From: an uncultured Gemmataceae bacterium
GTDB taxonomy: Bacteria; Planctomycetota; Planctomycetia; Gemmatales; Gemmataceae
Length of the DNA stretch: 64,000 nucleotides
Reading direction: 5' to 3'
Assembly: GCA_963750165.1 (NCBI GenBank)
Contig: CAVVPN010000004.1
Location: 832,001 to 896,000, forward strand
Part shown: positions 15,173 through 25,269 of the stretch, in pieces
How the letters are laid out: each line of letters begins with the position of its first letter
Numbering within the stretch: position 1 is the first letter of the stretch
Program-made: the position numbers and the translations under genes
The notes under the pieces: model-generated
What the model was told of the DNA's origin: nothing
What the model saw: only the letters and a program-made list of their open reading frames with translations
Databases searched by the model: none

Positions 15173-16783
15173 TCAGGATACCAGCCGTTGTTCCGGGATT
15201 TCACGCAGCTTGACGGTACACAGGCCGCCGCGCTCGGCCTTGACATCGGTCACCTGCAACTGCGTGCCTGGCGCCAGGATATATTCCTCCTCGCCGGTGA
15301 ACGCCGAGAAGCTCTTGATGCCGACTGCTCCCGCCGGCGTCACCTCGAACAACGTCCGCTTGCCGCTGAACCCCAGAAAACCCTTCGCCACCTCCAGTTT
15401 CGACGTACACGACGACACCCCCCACCAGACGACCGTACCGTCCTTCGGATACTGCGGCCGCAGGTCCAGCGCCACGCCGCGCCACAGGCTGCCGGTGTGA
15501 ACCTTGAGCTTCGACAGCGCCGCGAAGAATAGCCGCAGGTACGGGAAGTACGGCGGCACCTGGCTGCGGTCGGGGTCGCGCAGCGTGGCGTTCAGCCGGC
15601 GGTACAGGAGCGACTCGCAGGTGTACAGGAACAACGCCGCGATCTCGTGTTCGGTCAGGCTGCCGGCGGCGGGTGTGCCAACATGCTTGGCCCCGAACTC
15701 CGCCGACCGGCCGACGTGGTGATCCAGGCCCTTGAGCAGCCGCGTGATCGGTCGCGTCGCCTCGGTGAAGTCCATCAGCGCCGTCGCCAGCACGCCCGCG
15801 ATGGCCGACAGCTCCACCTGGCCCTCGTCCTTGACGCCCTGCAAACGATCGAGGTAGAACTTGTGCAACTCCATCGTTGTCGCGATGAAGTCGCCCATGC
15901 GCTCGGCCGTCTCCTGGTGCGCCGTGCCCTGCTGGTTCCAGCCAGCCGCCGGCAGCCAGTCCACCTCATCCATGCCCAGCGACCGCAGGGCAGCGTTCAC
16001 GTCCTTGAAGTGGTTGCCATTGCAAAACATGTCGCCCTGGGCGGCGGGGTTGCAGTGGTCGATGTGCCTGACCGGGACGCCGTACTCCTTCTGCAACCGC
16101 TCCACCAGCGACCGCAGCTGCCGGGCGTGGGCGCCCCACCAGGCGAAGACCACCCCCTTGTGCTTGTCGTCGGCGTGCTGCTTGGCCTTGAGAATCTCCT
16201 CGACCAGCTTCTCGACGACTGGCCGCCAGAAGGCGGTGTGCTGGTCGGTGGCGAGCGAACCATCGCTGCTGGCGGTGAGGGCAGCGTTGAGCAGCAGCAC
16301 GCCCTGCGTCAGCATTGCCTGGAACCACTCCGGCGGCGGCACCACCTCGTTGTCGGCCAGCAGTTCGCGGATTTCGCTGACAGGCGTCTTCCTGTCGATG
16401 CCGTGTTTCCAGATGCACGCCGCCTTGATGATGCAGCGCATGCTGGTCACGGAGCCGAAGCGGCCCTCCTTCCACGCCTTGAAGGAGTTGTCGAACATGG
16501 CGATGCCGGTCGCCGACTCGACGCGCGGATACGGGTTCTGGCCGAAGACGACGACCTTCCACTTTTCCGGCGGATTGGGCTTGAGGGCCTGAAAGGTCAG
16601 TTCGCGCACCGGCACGACGCTCTTGGGCCGCTGGGGACCGATGAACGTCGCCGCGGCGGGCTGGGCCTCAATGACCGGCTTGAGCAGCGGCAGCCACGGT
16701 TCGCCGCCGCCCTGGAACAGTTCCGTCAGGGCTAGGGGGTCGTCCGGGTTCGGGGGCGTTGGTTGTGGGCTGTCGGTGCTCAT
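15173..16783 (-). CDS. Uracil-DNA glycosylase-like domain fused to ADP-ribosyltransferase domain
   Basis: KVVVFGQNPYP, ATGIAMF, QGVLLLNAALT, VFAWWG, NHF..VN..L..W (family 1 UNG); LYT, LN..LR, LWRG, VSSCT, EEEY (R-S-E ART). Confidence 0.85.
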   Translation of the reverse strand: MSTDSPQPTPPNPDDPLALTELFQGGGEPWLPLLKPVIEAQPAAATFIGPQRPKSVVPVRELTFQALKPNPPEKWKVVVFGQNPYPRVESATGIAMFDNSFKAWKEGRFGSVTSMRCIIKAACIWKHGIDRKTPVSEIRELLADNEVVPPPEWFQAMLTQGVLLLNAALTASSDGSLATDQHTAFWRPVVEKLVEEILKAKQHADDKHKGVVFAWWGAHARQLRSLVERLQKEYGVPVRHIDHCNPAAQGDMFCNGNHFKDVNAALRSLGMDEVDWLPAAGWNQQGTAHQETAERMGDFIATTMELHKFYLDRLQGVKDEGQVELSAIAGVLATALMDFTEATRPITRLLKGLDHHVGRSAEFGAKHVGTPAAGSLTEHEIAALFLYTCESLLYRRLNATLRDPDRSQVPPYFPYLRLFFAALSKLKVHTGSLWRGVALDLRPQYPKDGTVVWWGVSSCTSKLEVAKGFLGFSGKRTLFEVTPAGAVGIKSFSAFTGEEEYILAPGTQLQVTDVKAERGGLCTVKLREIPEQRLVS

Positions 16784-16954
16784 GGTGTCGCGTCCCATCG
16801 TGGAGGAAATGGTGTGAAAAAAGTTGTACCCGACGCCCCACCTGGGTGCAAGCCTGGTAAGGAAATGTCTCAGTGACTGCTTGCGGCCGCTGACCGATCT
16901 GGTATCATGGCGTGGAATTGAAGGGGATTCACTCCAATTCAGGGGGGCAACGTC

Positions 16955-17503
16955 ATGCGTCAACTGTTCGTGGCCGCGGTCGTGTTGGCGGCCGTCGGCG
17001 TGCTACAGGCGGCCGCGCCGCAGGACAAGAAGGGCACGATCAAGGGACTGCACATGTGCTGCGGGGCCTGCGTGAACTCCGTGCAGCAGATTCTCGGCAA
17101 GGTTGAGGGCGTTTCCGACGCGAAGTGCGACCGCAAGACCAAGTCGGTGAGCTTCACGGCGAAGGACCAGAAAGCCGTCCTGAAGGCACTGGCCGCATTG
17201 GAGGCCGGCGGTTTCGGCCCGACGGAAGGGGAGTACGACAACACGGCCTTCAAGAAGGCGATCAAAGCGGCGTCGGGCAGCAAGACGACGAGCGCGGTCA
17301 ACATCCAGGGCGTTCACGCCTGCTGCGGCGCGTGCAACGGCGCCATCAAGGCGCTGTTCAAGGATTCCCAGGTGACCATCACCGGCAAGGGCGCTCAAAA
17401 AGACCTGCGCATCACCGGGAAGGATCTGGACGCCGCCCAGGTGCTTACCACCCTGCAACAGGCCGGCTTTTACGGCATCATCGTCGCGGATAAGAAGAAG
17501 TAA
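16955..17503 (+). CDS. Exported tandem HMA-like metal-binding protein
   Basis: Signal peptide; HMCCGAC and HACCGAC in two repeats each ending AGF. Confidence 0.8.
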   Translation: MRQLFVAAVVLAAVGVLQAAAPQDKKGTIKGLHMCCGACVNSVQQILGKVEGVSDAKCDRKTKSVSFTAKDQKAVLKALAALEAGGFGPTEGEYDNTAFKKAIKAASGSKTTSAVNIQGVHACCGACNGAIKALFKDSQVTITGKGAQKDLRITGKDLDAAQVLTTLQQAGFYGIIVADKKK

Positions 17504-17521
17504 TCTCTCCCAGGCCCGGAT

Positions 17522-17559
17522 AGAGCCCACGGGGCTTTCCCGTGGGCTCTTCGTTTTTT
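17522..17559 (+). terminator. Rho-independent terminator
   Basis: AGAGCCCACGGG..CCCGTGGGCTCT followed by T-run. Confidence 0.75.
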
Positions 17560-17564
17560 CTTCG

Positions 17565-17735
17565 TCAGGCAGGCGGCGTTCGCAGCGAACCGCCCAGGAA
17601 GGACAGCACCGCCAGCACGACGAAAATCAGCGCCAGAATCTTGAAGCCTTCCCAGGCGACATTGGCGGCCGGCCAGAAGCCAATCAGCGCGGCGACGAAG
17701 GCGATCACCAGAAAAATCACAGCCAAACGCAACAT
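17565..17735 (-). CDS. DUF1328 (YtjA-like) small membrane protein
   Basis: MLRLAVIFLVIAFVAALIGF...KILALIFVVLAVLS; GGAGG RBS. Confidence 0.85.
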   Translation of the reverse strand: MLRLAVIFLVIAFVAALIGFWPAANVAWEGFKILALIFVVLAVLSFLGGSLRTPPA

Positions 17736-18013
17736 GGCAGTTCCTCCGTACGTTGTTCCGTTCACCTGGTCCGGGCGGCACACTCGCGGGAAGCGCCCGG
17801 TTCCCAATTCGCTGTCGTAAGCAACGCACAATCAGTGCCGAACTGCCGCAAACCTTGAGAAATCCCAGGAATTGTCGCGGAAGAAACCGCTTGCTGGCTC
17901 ACTCCGGCGCAGACTCGCACAGGTAGGCGCCGGTTGCTAGGTTCTGAGCACGCCTTTTCCCACAAACCGGCGGCGCACCAGACATTGGCGGCTGGGCAGG
18001 CGGGCCGCCCGCG

Positions 18014-18739
18014 CTACGACTTTTTCTTCTCGAAAATGATGATGTGCTGCCACGGCAGCACGTCCAGCGTTGTGGCGTGGCGCAGCGGATGCGGCGCCAT
18101 CTCCTTGAGCACCTGTTTCTGGCTCATCCGGTGCAGCGTCTTGATCGGCACCTTGGGATCCTCCAGCCGATACTCCACGAACACCAGCCGGCCGCCGGGC
18201 TTGAGCGCCTTGACCATCGCCGCCGTCATCTCATAGGGGTGCGAGAATTCGTGGTAGACATCGACCATCAGAATCAGGTCGATGCTGTTCTCGCGCAGCT
18301 TCGGGTCCGTGAGGGTGCCCTTGACCGGCACGACATTGGTCACCTTACCCTGCTTCATGCGCGTCTTGATGATGTTCAGCATTTCCTGCTGAATATCGAC
18401 CGCGTACACCTTGCCCTTGTTGCCGACGAGCTTGGCCATCGGGAAGGTGAAGTAGCCGCTGCCGGCGCCGATGTCGGCGATGACGTCGCCCTCCTTGAGC
18501 TTGAGAGCCGGCAGGAGTTTACTGGTTTTCTCCTCCCGGTCGCGCTCGGTGCGCTCCAGCCAGCCGGCCGCCTGGTAGCCCATGACGTGGGCGATCTCGC
18601 GGCCGAGGTAAAATTTGCCGATGCCGTCGGGGTCGTGGTCGCGGCGCGTCTCGTAGCGCGGCGGCTGTGCCGGCTGGCCCTGCGCCAGCAGCACGACCGC
18701 CACCCCGAACAAACCGCGACAAAGGCTCACGCTCAACAT
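18014..18739 (-). CDS. Exported class I SAM-dependent methyltransferase
   Basis: GREIAHVMG, ADIGAGSGYF, VDVYHE, ALKPGG. Confidence 0.9.
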   Translation of the reverse strand: MLSVSLCRGLFGVAVVLLAQGQPAQPPRYETRRDHDPDGIGKFYLGREIAHVMGYQAAGWLERTERDREEKTSKLLPALKLKEGDVIADIGAGSGYFTFPMAKLVGNKGKVYAVDIQQEMLNIIKTRMKQGKVTNVVPVKGTLTDPKLRENSIDLILMVDVYHEFSHPYEMTAAMVKALKPGGRLVFVEYRLEDPKVPIKTLHRMSQKQVLKEMAPHPLRHATTLDVLPWQHIIIFEKKKS

Positions 18740-18872
18740 GATGGAATCTCCGTGGGGCTGCTCCGACTGTACCACGCCGCGACCGCCGCGTCCACGCGCC
18801 GGCGCTGGCGGCGCGGAGCGCGACCACCTACACTGGCAACAGACCGCGAACCCACCGCCCCCGGAGGGTGTG

Positions 18873-19688
18873 ATGTACGCCGAGCAATCGACTTCCCTTG
18901 ACCTGCGCTGGCGCATGTTCGGTATCGACGTGCGCGTGCAGCCGCTGTTCTGGCTGGTCGCCGCGATGACGGGCTGGGGGCTGACGGCGGACCCGGAGCA
19001 GGGCGGTGTGCGATTGCTGCTGTGGATCGCGGTGTTTTTCGTCTCCATCCTGATTCACGAACTCGGTCACGTGTACATGGGTCGCTTCTTCGGCAGCCAC
19101 GGCCACATCCTGCTCTACGGTTTCGGCGGCCTGGCGATCGGTGCCAGCGCGCTGCCGCGGCGCGGCCAGCGCATTGCTGTCTACTTCGCGGGGCCGCTGG
19201 CCGGCTTCCTGCTGGTCGGTCTGCTGGTGCTGGGGCTGCTGCTGGTCGCGCCGAACATGGTGCCGCTGTTCTGGCAAAACGTGCTGGCAGTGGTGGGCCT
19301 GGCGCCCTGGGCCCACCTTCACGCCCTGGCGCCGCTGGTCGCCGACGTCGTCCAGCAGGCGCTGTGGATCAACCTCTTCTGGGGCCTGCTCAACCTGCTG
19401 CCGATCTGGCCGCTCGATGGCGGCCAGGTGTCGCGCGAGGTCTGCGCGGCAATCTGGGGCCGGCGCGGCGAACGCGCGGCGTTGGCGCTGTCGATCGCCC
19501 TGGCGGCGCTGATCGCGCTGCACGCGGTGATGGCCTACTACGGCCGGCCGCTGATCCCGTTCCTGCCCCAGCTCGGTGGCCTGTTCACGGCGCTCCTGTT
19601 CGGGCTGCTGGCGGTGGAATGCTCTCAGGAACTCCAGCGCGTGCAGGCGCGCGACGCCTTCTGGGAAGACCGCGACCCGTGGCGCTGA
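18873..19688 (+). CDS. Site-2 protease (M50)
   Basis: HELGH, AGP, NLLPIWPLDGG, multiple TM segments. Confidence 0.92.
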   Translation: MYAEQSTSLDLRWRMFGIDVRVQPLFWLVAAMTGWGLTADPEQGGVRLLLWIAVFFVSILIHELGHVYMGRFFGSHGHILLYGFGGLAIGASALPRRGQRIAVYFAGPLAGFLLVGLLVLGLLLVAPNMVPLFWQNVLAVVGLAPWAHLHALAPLVADVVQQALWINLFWGLLNLLPIWPLDGGQVSREVCAAIWGRRGERAALALSIALAALIALHAVMAYYGRPLIPFLPQLGGLFTALLFGLLAVECSQELQRVQARDAFWEDRDPWR

Positions 19689-19707
19689 CGCGGCAGGGTT
19701 CGCTCCC

Positions 19708-20370
19708 TCACCCTTCATCCTGATACGGTGTGTGATCGACCAGGCCGGCGTCGGCGAAGGCACGGCGACGTTCCGCGCACTTGTTGCAGCGGCCGCAGTG
19801 CGCGCCGCGCACGGGCCGGATGCACGAGAACGTCAGGTGCAGCGGTAGGTCAGCACCGCGGCGCATCACGTCAGCCTTGTGCACTGCGGCAAAGGGCCGC
19901 AGCACGCGAACCTGGCCGCCGACCGCGCGGTCAACGCAGGCGGCAAAGTCGGCAAAGAACTCCGGCGTGGCGTCCGGGAATGGGTTGCCGCCGAGCGCGC
20001 CGAGCGCGACCGCGGGCACGTCGTGCAGGTGACACCAGAGCAGGGCCTTGGCCAGCAGCAGGACGTTGCGGCCGGGCAGGTAGACGGCCTCGTCGGGAGT
20101 GGCGGCGTCCGGCACCGCCTGGCCGCTGACGCTCCAGTGGCCGCGGTCGTAGAGGTCGCTTACGGGCAGGTCGAGGACGTGCAACGGCAGGACGGCGTTG
20201 CCGGGCAGCGCCGCCAGGAAGCGGCGCAGGTGGGCCAATTCGACCTCCTCCCAGAACAGGCCCTGGCGGACGTAGAGCGGTTGCACGGCGGTGTGGTCGC
20301 GGGCGGCGGTGCCAACGAGGATGGCGCTGTCGAGGCCGCCGCTGACGAGGACTGCGAGGGTGGTGCTCAT
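19708..20370 (-). CDS. queC: 7-cyano-7-deazaguanine synthase
   Basis: SGGLDS, YLPGRN, FPDATPEF, SC..HCGRCNKC.ER. Confidence 0.9.
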   Translation of the reverse strand: MSTTLAVLVSGGLDSAILVGTAARDHTAVQPLYVRQGLFWEEVELAHLRRFLAALPGNAVLPLHVLDLPVSDLYDRGHWSVSGQAVPDAATPDEAVYLPGRNVLLLAKALLWCHLHDVPAVALGALGGNPFPDATPEFFADFAACVDRAVGGQVRVLRPFAAVHKADVMRRGADLPLHLTFSCIRPVRGAHCGRCNKCAERRRAFADAGLVDHTPYQDEG

Positions 20371-20482
20371 GCGCTTAGCGTAAGGGTGCCGCCAGGAGCG
20401 TCAATTCTCGACGTGTGAAAAGTTGGCTTCCTTTTTTCGTGAAATGGCAGTCGCAGCGCACCACTGGGCAAGCGTCTGCGCC

Positions 20483-20659
20483 TTACTTCAGGGCCACGGC
20501 GTTGCCATTGTGGGGCAGGCCGGCGAAGCGGAAGAAGCGCGCGTCGCAGTTGCGGCAGCGGAACGGCTGCAAAAACAGGAACCTCAGAACGGCCTCGTAC
20601 CAGCGGTGCGGTTCGGCTCGCAGTCGTCGGCCGTTGCAGTGGGGGCAGGTGGTGCTCAT
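20483..20659 (-). CDS. Small zinc-ribbon hypothetical protein
   Basis: CPHC...PFRCRNCDARFFR, 58 aa, AGGA upstream. Confidence 0.6.
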   Translation of the reverse strand: MSTTCPHCNGRRLRAEPHRWYEAVLRFLFLQPFRCRNCDARFFRFAGLPHNGNAVALK

Positions 20660-20704
20660 ATCCTGAGCACACGCACATCGCGTGCCGACGTTGCGCCGGC
20701 CTTG

Positions 20705-20975
20705 CTGGCCCCGTGCGGGTGGCACGGCGCGACCACCACCGGCGGCGGTTGCCACAGCAAGGGGGCCAAGGAGGCCAAGGGGGCCAACTTTTTCATACGT
20801 CGAGAATCGGCGCCCTGGCCCCGTGCGGGTGGCACGGCGCGACCACCACCGGCGGCGGTTGCCACAGCAAGGGGGCCAAGGGGGCCAAGGGGGCCAACTT
20901 TTTCATACGTCGAGATGCGGCGCCCTTGCTGCACCGGCCTGCCGTTTGTGGGCCACGCGACTGCGAACCGCGCTA
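20705..20975 (-). repeat. Dispersed repeat element, copy 2, with 110-bp tandem duplication
   Basis: 20705-20814 and 20815-20924 near identical; homologous to 9075-9256. Confidence 0.85.
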
Positions 20976-21095
20976 ACTCAGAATGGCCTCGATCGGTTCC
21001 CCCGCCTCCACCAACCGCATGGTACGCCCCTGGACCTGAATTTCCATGCGCTCGTGATCCAATCCCAGCTGCTTGAGGATGGTGGCGTGCAGCGC
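20973..21095 (-). pseudogene. DUF1501-like C-terminal remnant
   Basis: LHATILKQLGLDHERM...GR..RL resembles the DUF1501 C-terminus. Confidence 0.55.
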
Positions 21096-21145
21096 GGCGA
21101 GAGTTGAGACACTCTGGGGCCACGTAACAGCAACTTCCCAACATT

Positions 21146-21330
21146 TTAGGGCGGGTTCCTCATCAGAGAGCAGTACCGCCAACGAACGCTGGGGCTGCTG
21201 AGAAATCCTCGCGTTATCAAGTAGTGTTCTGTTTCGGTGTAGGATACCTGCCGGATTGTCTCCCCGCCAAACACATAAATCCAGGCGTCCGGGTATGCCA
21301 TGATTATTGGTGAGTGTGTGGCGATCACGA
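21146..21330 (-). pseudogene. AAA/ABC-type ATPase C-terminal remnant
   Basis: VIATHSPIIMAYPDAWIY....YTETEHY.ITRGFL. Confidence 0.65.
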
Positions 21331-21598
21331 CACGGCGGCTCCGGGATGTGCTGCAGGGCGGGCCGGCAGCGGCCTGGCAGACCTGTCGATGTGCTGTTGC
21401 TGAGCGCTTCCAATAGAACAATGACATCGCTCCGCTGATCGATTGCCGGCGGTTTCCTGCGCACGGCAGACGTTGCCAGCGACTACAGGTCGCCGAGTTG
21501 CCTCGCGGGGTGATACCGCGGCACGCATCCGGTGGGGGATTGGTTGGCATTCCGCGGTAGTCGAAACACCCTTCACCAATTCTTCGAGGTCCTGACCT

Positions 21599-22865
21599 AT
21601 GAAACCGTATGCCTTTCTCTTGAGCCTGGTTCTCGCTCTCACCCTGGCCCATTCGGCGGCGCGCGCAAGCACCGCCGTCCGACTGGATCGACCCGGTCAC
21701 CGGGCACCGCGTGCTTCGGCTGTCCGGGAACGGCGGCGGGTCGAGCCTGTATTTCCACCAGAACAGTTTCACGCCCAAGGGGGACAGGTTCATCTTCAAC
21801 ACCAGGGCGGGGATCATGGCGGTTGATGTGACGCGGCTTGGCAAGGAGCCGGTCAAGGCGGAGGTCGTCGTGCCGGGCGCACAGGCCAGCGCCGTCGCCT
21901 GGCGGACGCCGGATGTCTATTACATCAAGTCGGGCGCCCTGTTTGCCACGAACCTGGAGACGAAGGCGACGCGCAAGGTGACGGCAGCGCGCGGCACAGT
22001 CGTCAATGCCGACGAGACACTCGTCATCGGCACCGTGTACGATGCCGAGGCCGGCGCGAAAGTGAAAGCGCTGGGCCTGCCGATGCTGGTGACAGCCGAG
22101 CTGGCGCCGCGCGACGAACCACCCGGCCGTCTCAAGCCCGGCGGCCGTTCCCTGGCGCTGGTGGTCACCGACATCAAAACCGGGGCCGCCAGGAAGATCC
22201 ACTACTCGACCGAATGGCTCAATCACCTGCAAGCGTCGCCGGCCGACCCGCAGCGCTTGCTCTTTTGTCACGAGGGCGCCTGGCATCAGGTGGACCGCGT
22301 CTGGACCATCCGCACGAACGGCAAGGACCTCAAGCTCATGCACAAGCGGACCCTGCGCTACGAGATCGCGGGCCACGAGTTTTTCTCTCACGACGGCAAG
22401 TGGGTCTGGTACGATCTGCAGACGCCGCGCTCGAAGCAATTCTGGCTGGCGGGCGTGCATCTGGAAACCGGCGAGCGCATTCGTTATCGGATCGCCCGGG
22501 AGCACTGGTCGGTGCATTACAACATCTCGCGCGACGGCAAACTGTTCGCTGGCGACGGCGGCGGGCCGGGCAGCGTCGCCAACCTGACGCCGCTGCCGGA
22601 ACGCAAGACACTCAAGCCGCCGGGCAACGGGCAGGGGATTTTCCTGTTCACGCCGACTACCGACCCCTTCGAGACCGTCAAGGTCGGCGGCGATCCGGTC
22701 AAGGTCGGCAAGTTGGCCGTCCACAAGTTGGTGGACCTATCCAAACACGACTACCGATTGGAGCCGAACGTGCATATCACGCCCGATAACCGCTGGGTCG
22801 TGTTCCGCTCCAACATGCACGGCCCGACGCACGTGTATGCGGTGGAGGTGACGAAGCGCGAATAA
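21599..22865 (+). CDS. Oligogalacturonate lyase-like beta-propeller (frameshift near 21667)
   Basis: Signal peptide, then WIDPVTGHRV.RLS, LYFHQNSFT, WLNHLQ.SP, FCHEG, GHEF, EPN..TPD. Confidence 0.85.
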
Positions 22866-22941
22866 CACCAATGCAGATTCGATCTGGAATTCCTTAACCA
22901 TCATCGACGGATGTCGTCCGCTCGTGGACGCCGCCGTGTCG

Positions 22942-24277
22942 TCATGCCAGCCGATCCGTTTCGGCCGCCGCGCGGTGGCGCAGGCACAGCACCAGGATTC
23001 CGCCGAGCAGCAGGGTGAGCGCCATGACGGCCAGTCCGGGAGCGAAGTGGCCGGTGGCCTCGAGCAGCCCACCCATGATGTTCGGGCCGAAGAAGGCCGC
23101 CAGGTTGGCGAGCGCGTTGATGAGCGCGATCCCGCCAGCCGCGGCGCGACTGCTGAGCAAGCCGGTCGGCAACGACCAGAACGGCCCCCACATGCTCATC
23201 ATGGCCGCCTGAGCCAACACCAGTCCCAGGAAACTCACCAGGGGAACCTCGCGCCAGACACTGAACGCCCAGCCCACGGCAGCGAGGAATGCCGGCCCGG
23301 CCACGTGCCAGCGCCGCTCGCCCGTCCGGTCGCTATGAGAGCCCACCGTCACGATGCTGAGCAGTGTGCAGGTGCCGGCAACCGCGGTCAACAGGCCGAT
23401 CTCAAACGAATTGAGCGCGGGGAAGCGATCCTGGATGAGGCGCGGGAAATAATAGGATAGCCCGCTGATGCCCAGCGCGATGGTGCTGGCCAGGGCGATC
23501 AGGTGCCAGACCCGGCGATCCGCGGCCGCCTGCAGCAGGCTCGAACCAGGGGGCTGCTGCCGAAGCCGTTCCTCCTGCGCCAGCCGCGCGACCAGCCAGG
23601 ACCGTTCCTCCGGTGCCAGCCAGCGCGCCTGTTCCGGACGGTCGGTGAGATAGGCGAGCGTGACGACACCCAGGGCCACCGCTGGCAACCCTTCGAGGAG
23701 GAACAACCATTGCCAGCCCTTCAGGCCGGCGCACTCGTGCAGCAGTTCCAGCAGCGCCCCGGAGAGCGGTCCGCCCAGCATCCACACCAGGGGCGAGGCG
23801 ACCATGAGCAGGGCCACGGCCCGAGCCCGCTGACGTGCGGGGAACCAGTAGGTCAGGTAAAGCACGATCCCAGGGAAAAACCCTGCCTCCGCACAACCCA
23901 GCAGGAAGCGGAGCAGGATGAAGCTCCCCGAGCCGGTGACGAACATCATGGCCGTGGAGATCAGCCCCCAGCTGACGAGGATGCGCCAGCCAGCGGCGGG
24001 CGCCCATGCGGCTCAGGATCAGATTGCTCGGCACCTCGAGCAGGCAGTAGCCGACGAAGAAGATCCCCGCCCCCAGCGCATACGCCTTTTCACTCATCTC
24101 CAGGTCCGTGAGCATGGTGTGCAGGCGGGCAAAACCAATGTTCACGCGGTCGAGGATGTTGATGAAGTAGAGCAAACCCAGGAAGGGGATCAACCGCAGC
24201 GTCACCTTGCGGAGCACCTGCTGCGCCAGCAGTTCCTCACCCGGGCTTTTCGTTACGCTGTCCGAGGCGGCGCTCAT
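22942..24277 (-). CDS. MFS transporter, anion:cation symporter family (frameshift near 23985)
   Basis: LDRVNIGFA, EVPSNL, AEAGFFPG..YLTYWFP, GWQWLFLLEG. Confidence 0.9.
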
Positions 24278-24303
24278 GGGAACCTCGCGTCCGCGGCTGG
24301 CGG

Positions 24304-25129
24304 TTACCAGCGAATGTCCGACTGTACCGGCTGGCGGTGCATGTCCTGGCGCTCGGCAATGGGCCAGGCCCGCAGTTCGCCGACCAGCTCAACCAGGCCA
24401 TTGACTGCGGCCTCGAAGAGGATTCGTCCCTTCTCGGCCGTTGCCTTGGTCGCGTCGCCATGCACTCCGATCTGCGTCCAGCGGCCCCAGAAGTCATTGA
24501 AGCGCACGGGGTAGTTCCGGGTGCTGTCACTGCTGACGTACTTGCCCATCCGGTCGTCGCCTCTGGCGGCCAGGTCCATCCGCACTCGATCCGGGGCCAG
24601 ATGCAGGTAGAGCGAGGTCTCGAACTCATCGGCATGGGCCATGACTTCAGACTCACGGATCGGCTCGAACGCCTTGAGCAAAAACGTCGAGTAGCCAGTC
24701 GCGAAGCAGAGCGATTTGGTTTCGAGCACTGTCTTGCGCAATGAGGTCGATCAAGGGGGTGTTGGAGCCGTGGCCGTTGACGATCAGGATCTTCTCGAAG
24801 CCGTGATAGGCGACGCTCTTGGTGATGTTCAGGCCGAAAGCGATGAAGGTCTCCGGCTCGATGTGGATGGTGCCGGGGAAGTCAATGTGGTGCAGGTTCA
24901 GCCCGTAGGCGATGGGCGGCAGCACGAGCACCTGGTCCGCGACGCGGCGGCCGACCTCCAGGCACACCGATTCACACAGGAACAGGTCCACGTCCAGGGG
25001 GAGGTGTTTGCCGTGCTGTTCGGTCGAGGCGGTCGGCAGGATCACCAGCTTCTGGGCGGCAATCGCCTCGTTCATCTCGGGCCAGGTGAGACGGTTGTAA
25101 CGGTACTCAGTCGAAGATTTAGCAGACAA
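24304..25129 (-). CDS. Creatininase family amidohydrolase (frameshift near 24738)
   Basis: EQHGKHLP..VD, FPGT, NGHGSN, HADEFETS, GVHGD..KATAEKG. Confidence 0.9.
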
Positions 25130-25269
25130 TTTTAATCCTCTGTGAGGGTGCAGGTCGCCACGGCAGCGGGGCAGGGTCCAGTCACTTGACCAGCGTCTCC
25201 CGGAGCGCCCAGGCCGTGAAGAAGTTGGCCGCCGGCGTACGCTTCCGGCTACAGAACTCCAGATATTTC

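Noticed and set aside
19708..20370. queC as part of a Qat or Dpd defence system
   Set aside because: Canonical short QueC with no qat or dpd partners adjacent.
20705..20924. Possible CRISPR array
   Set aside because: Only two whole-unit 110-bp copies, no unique spacers, no cas genes.
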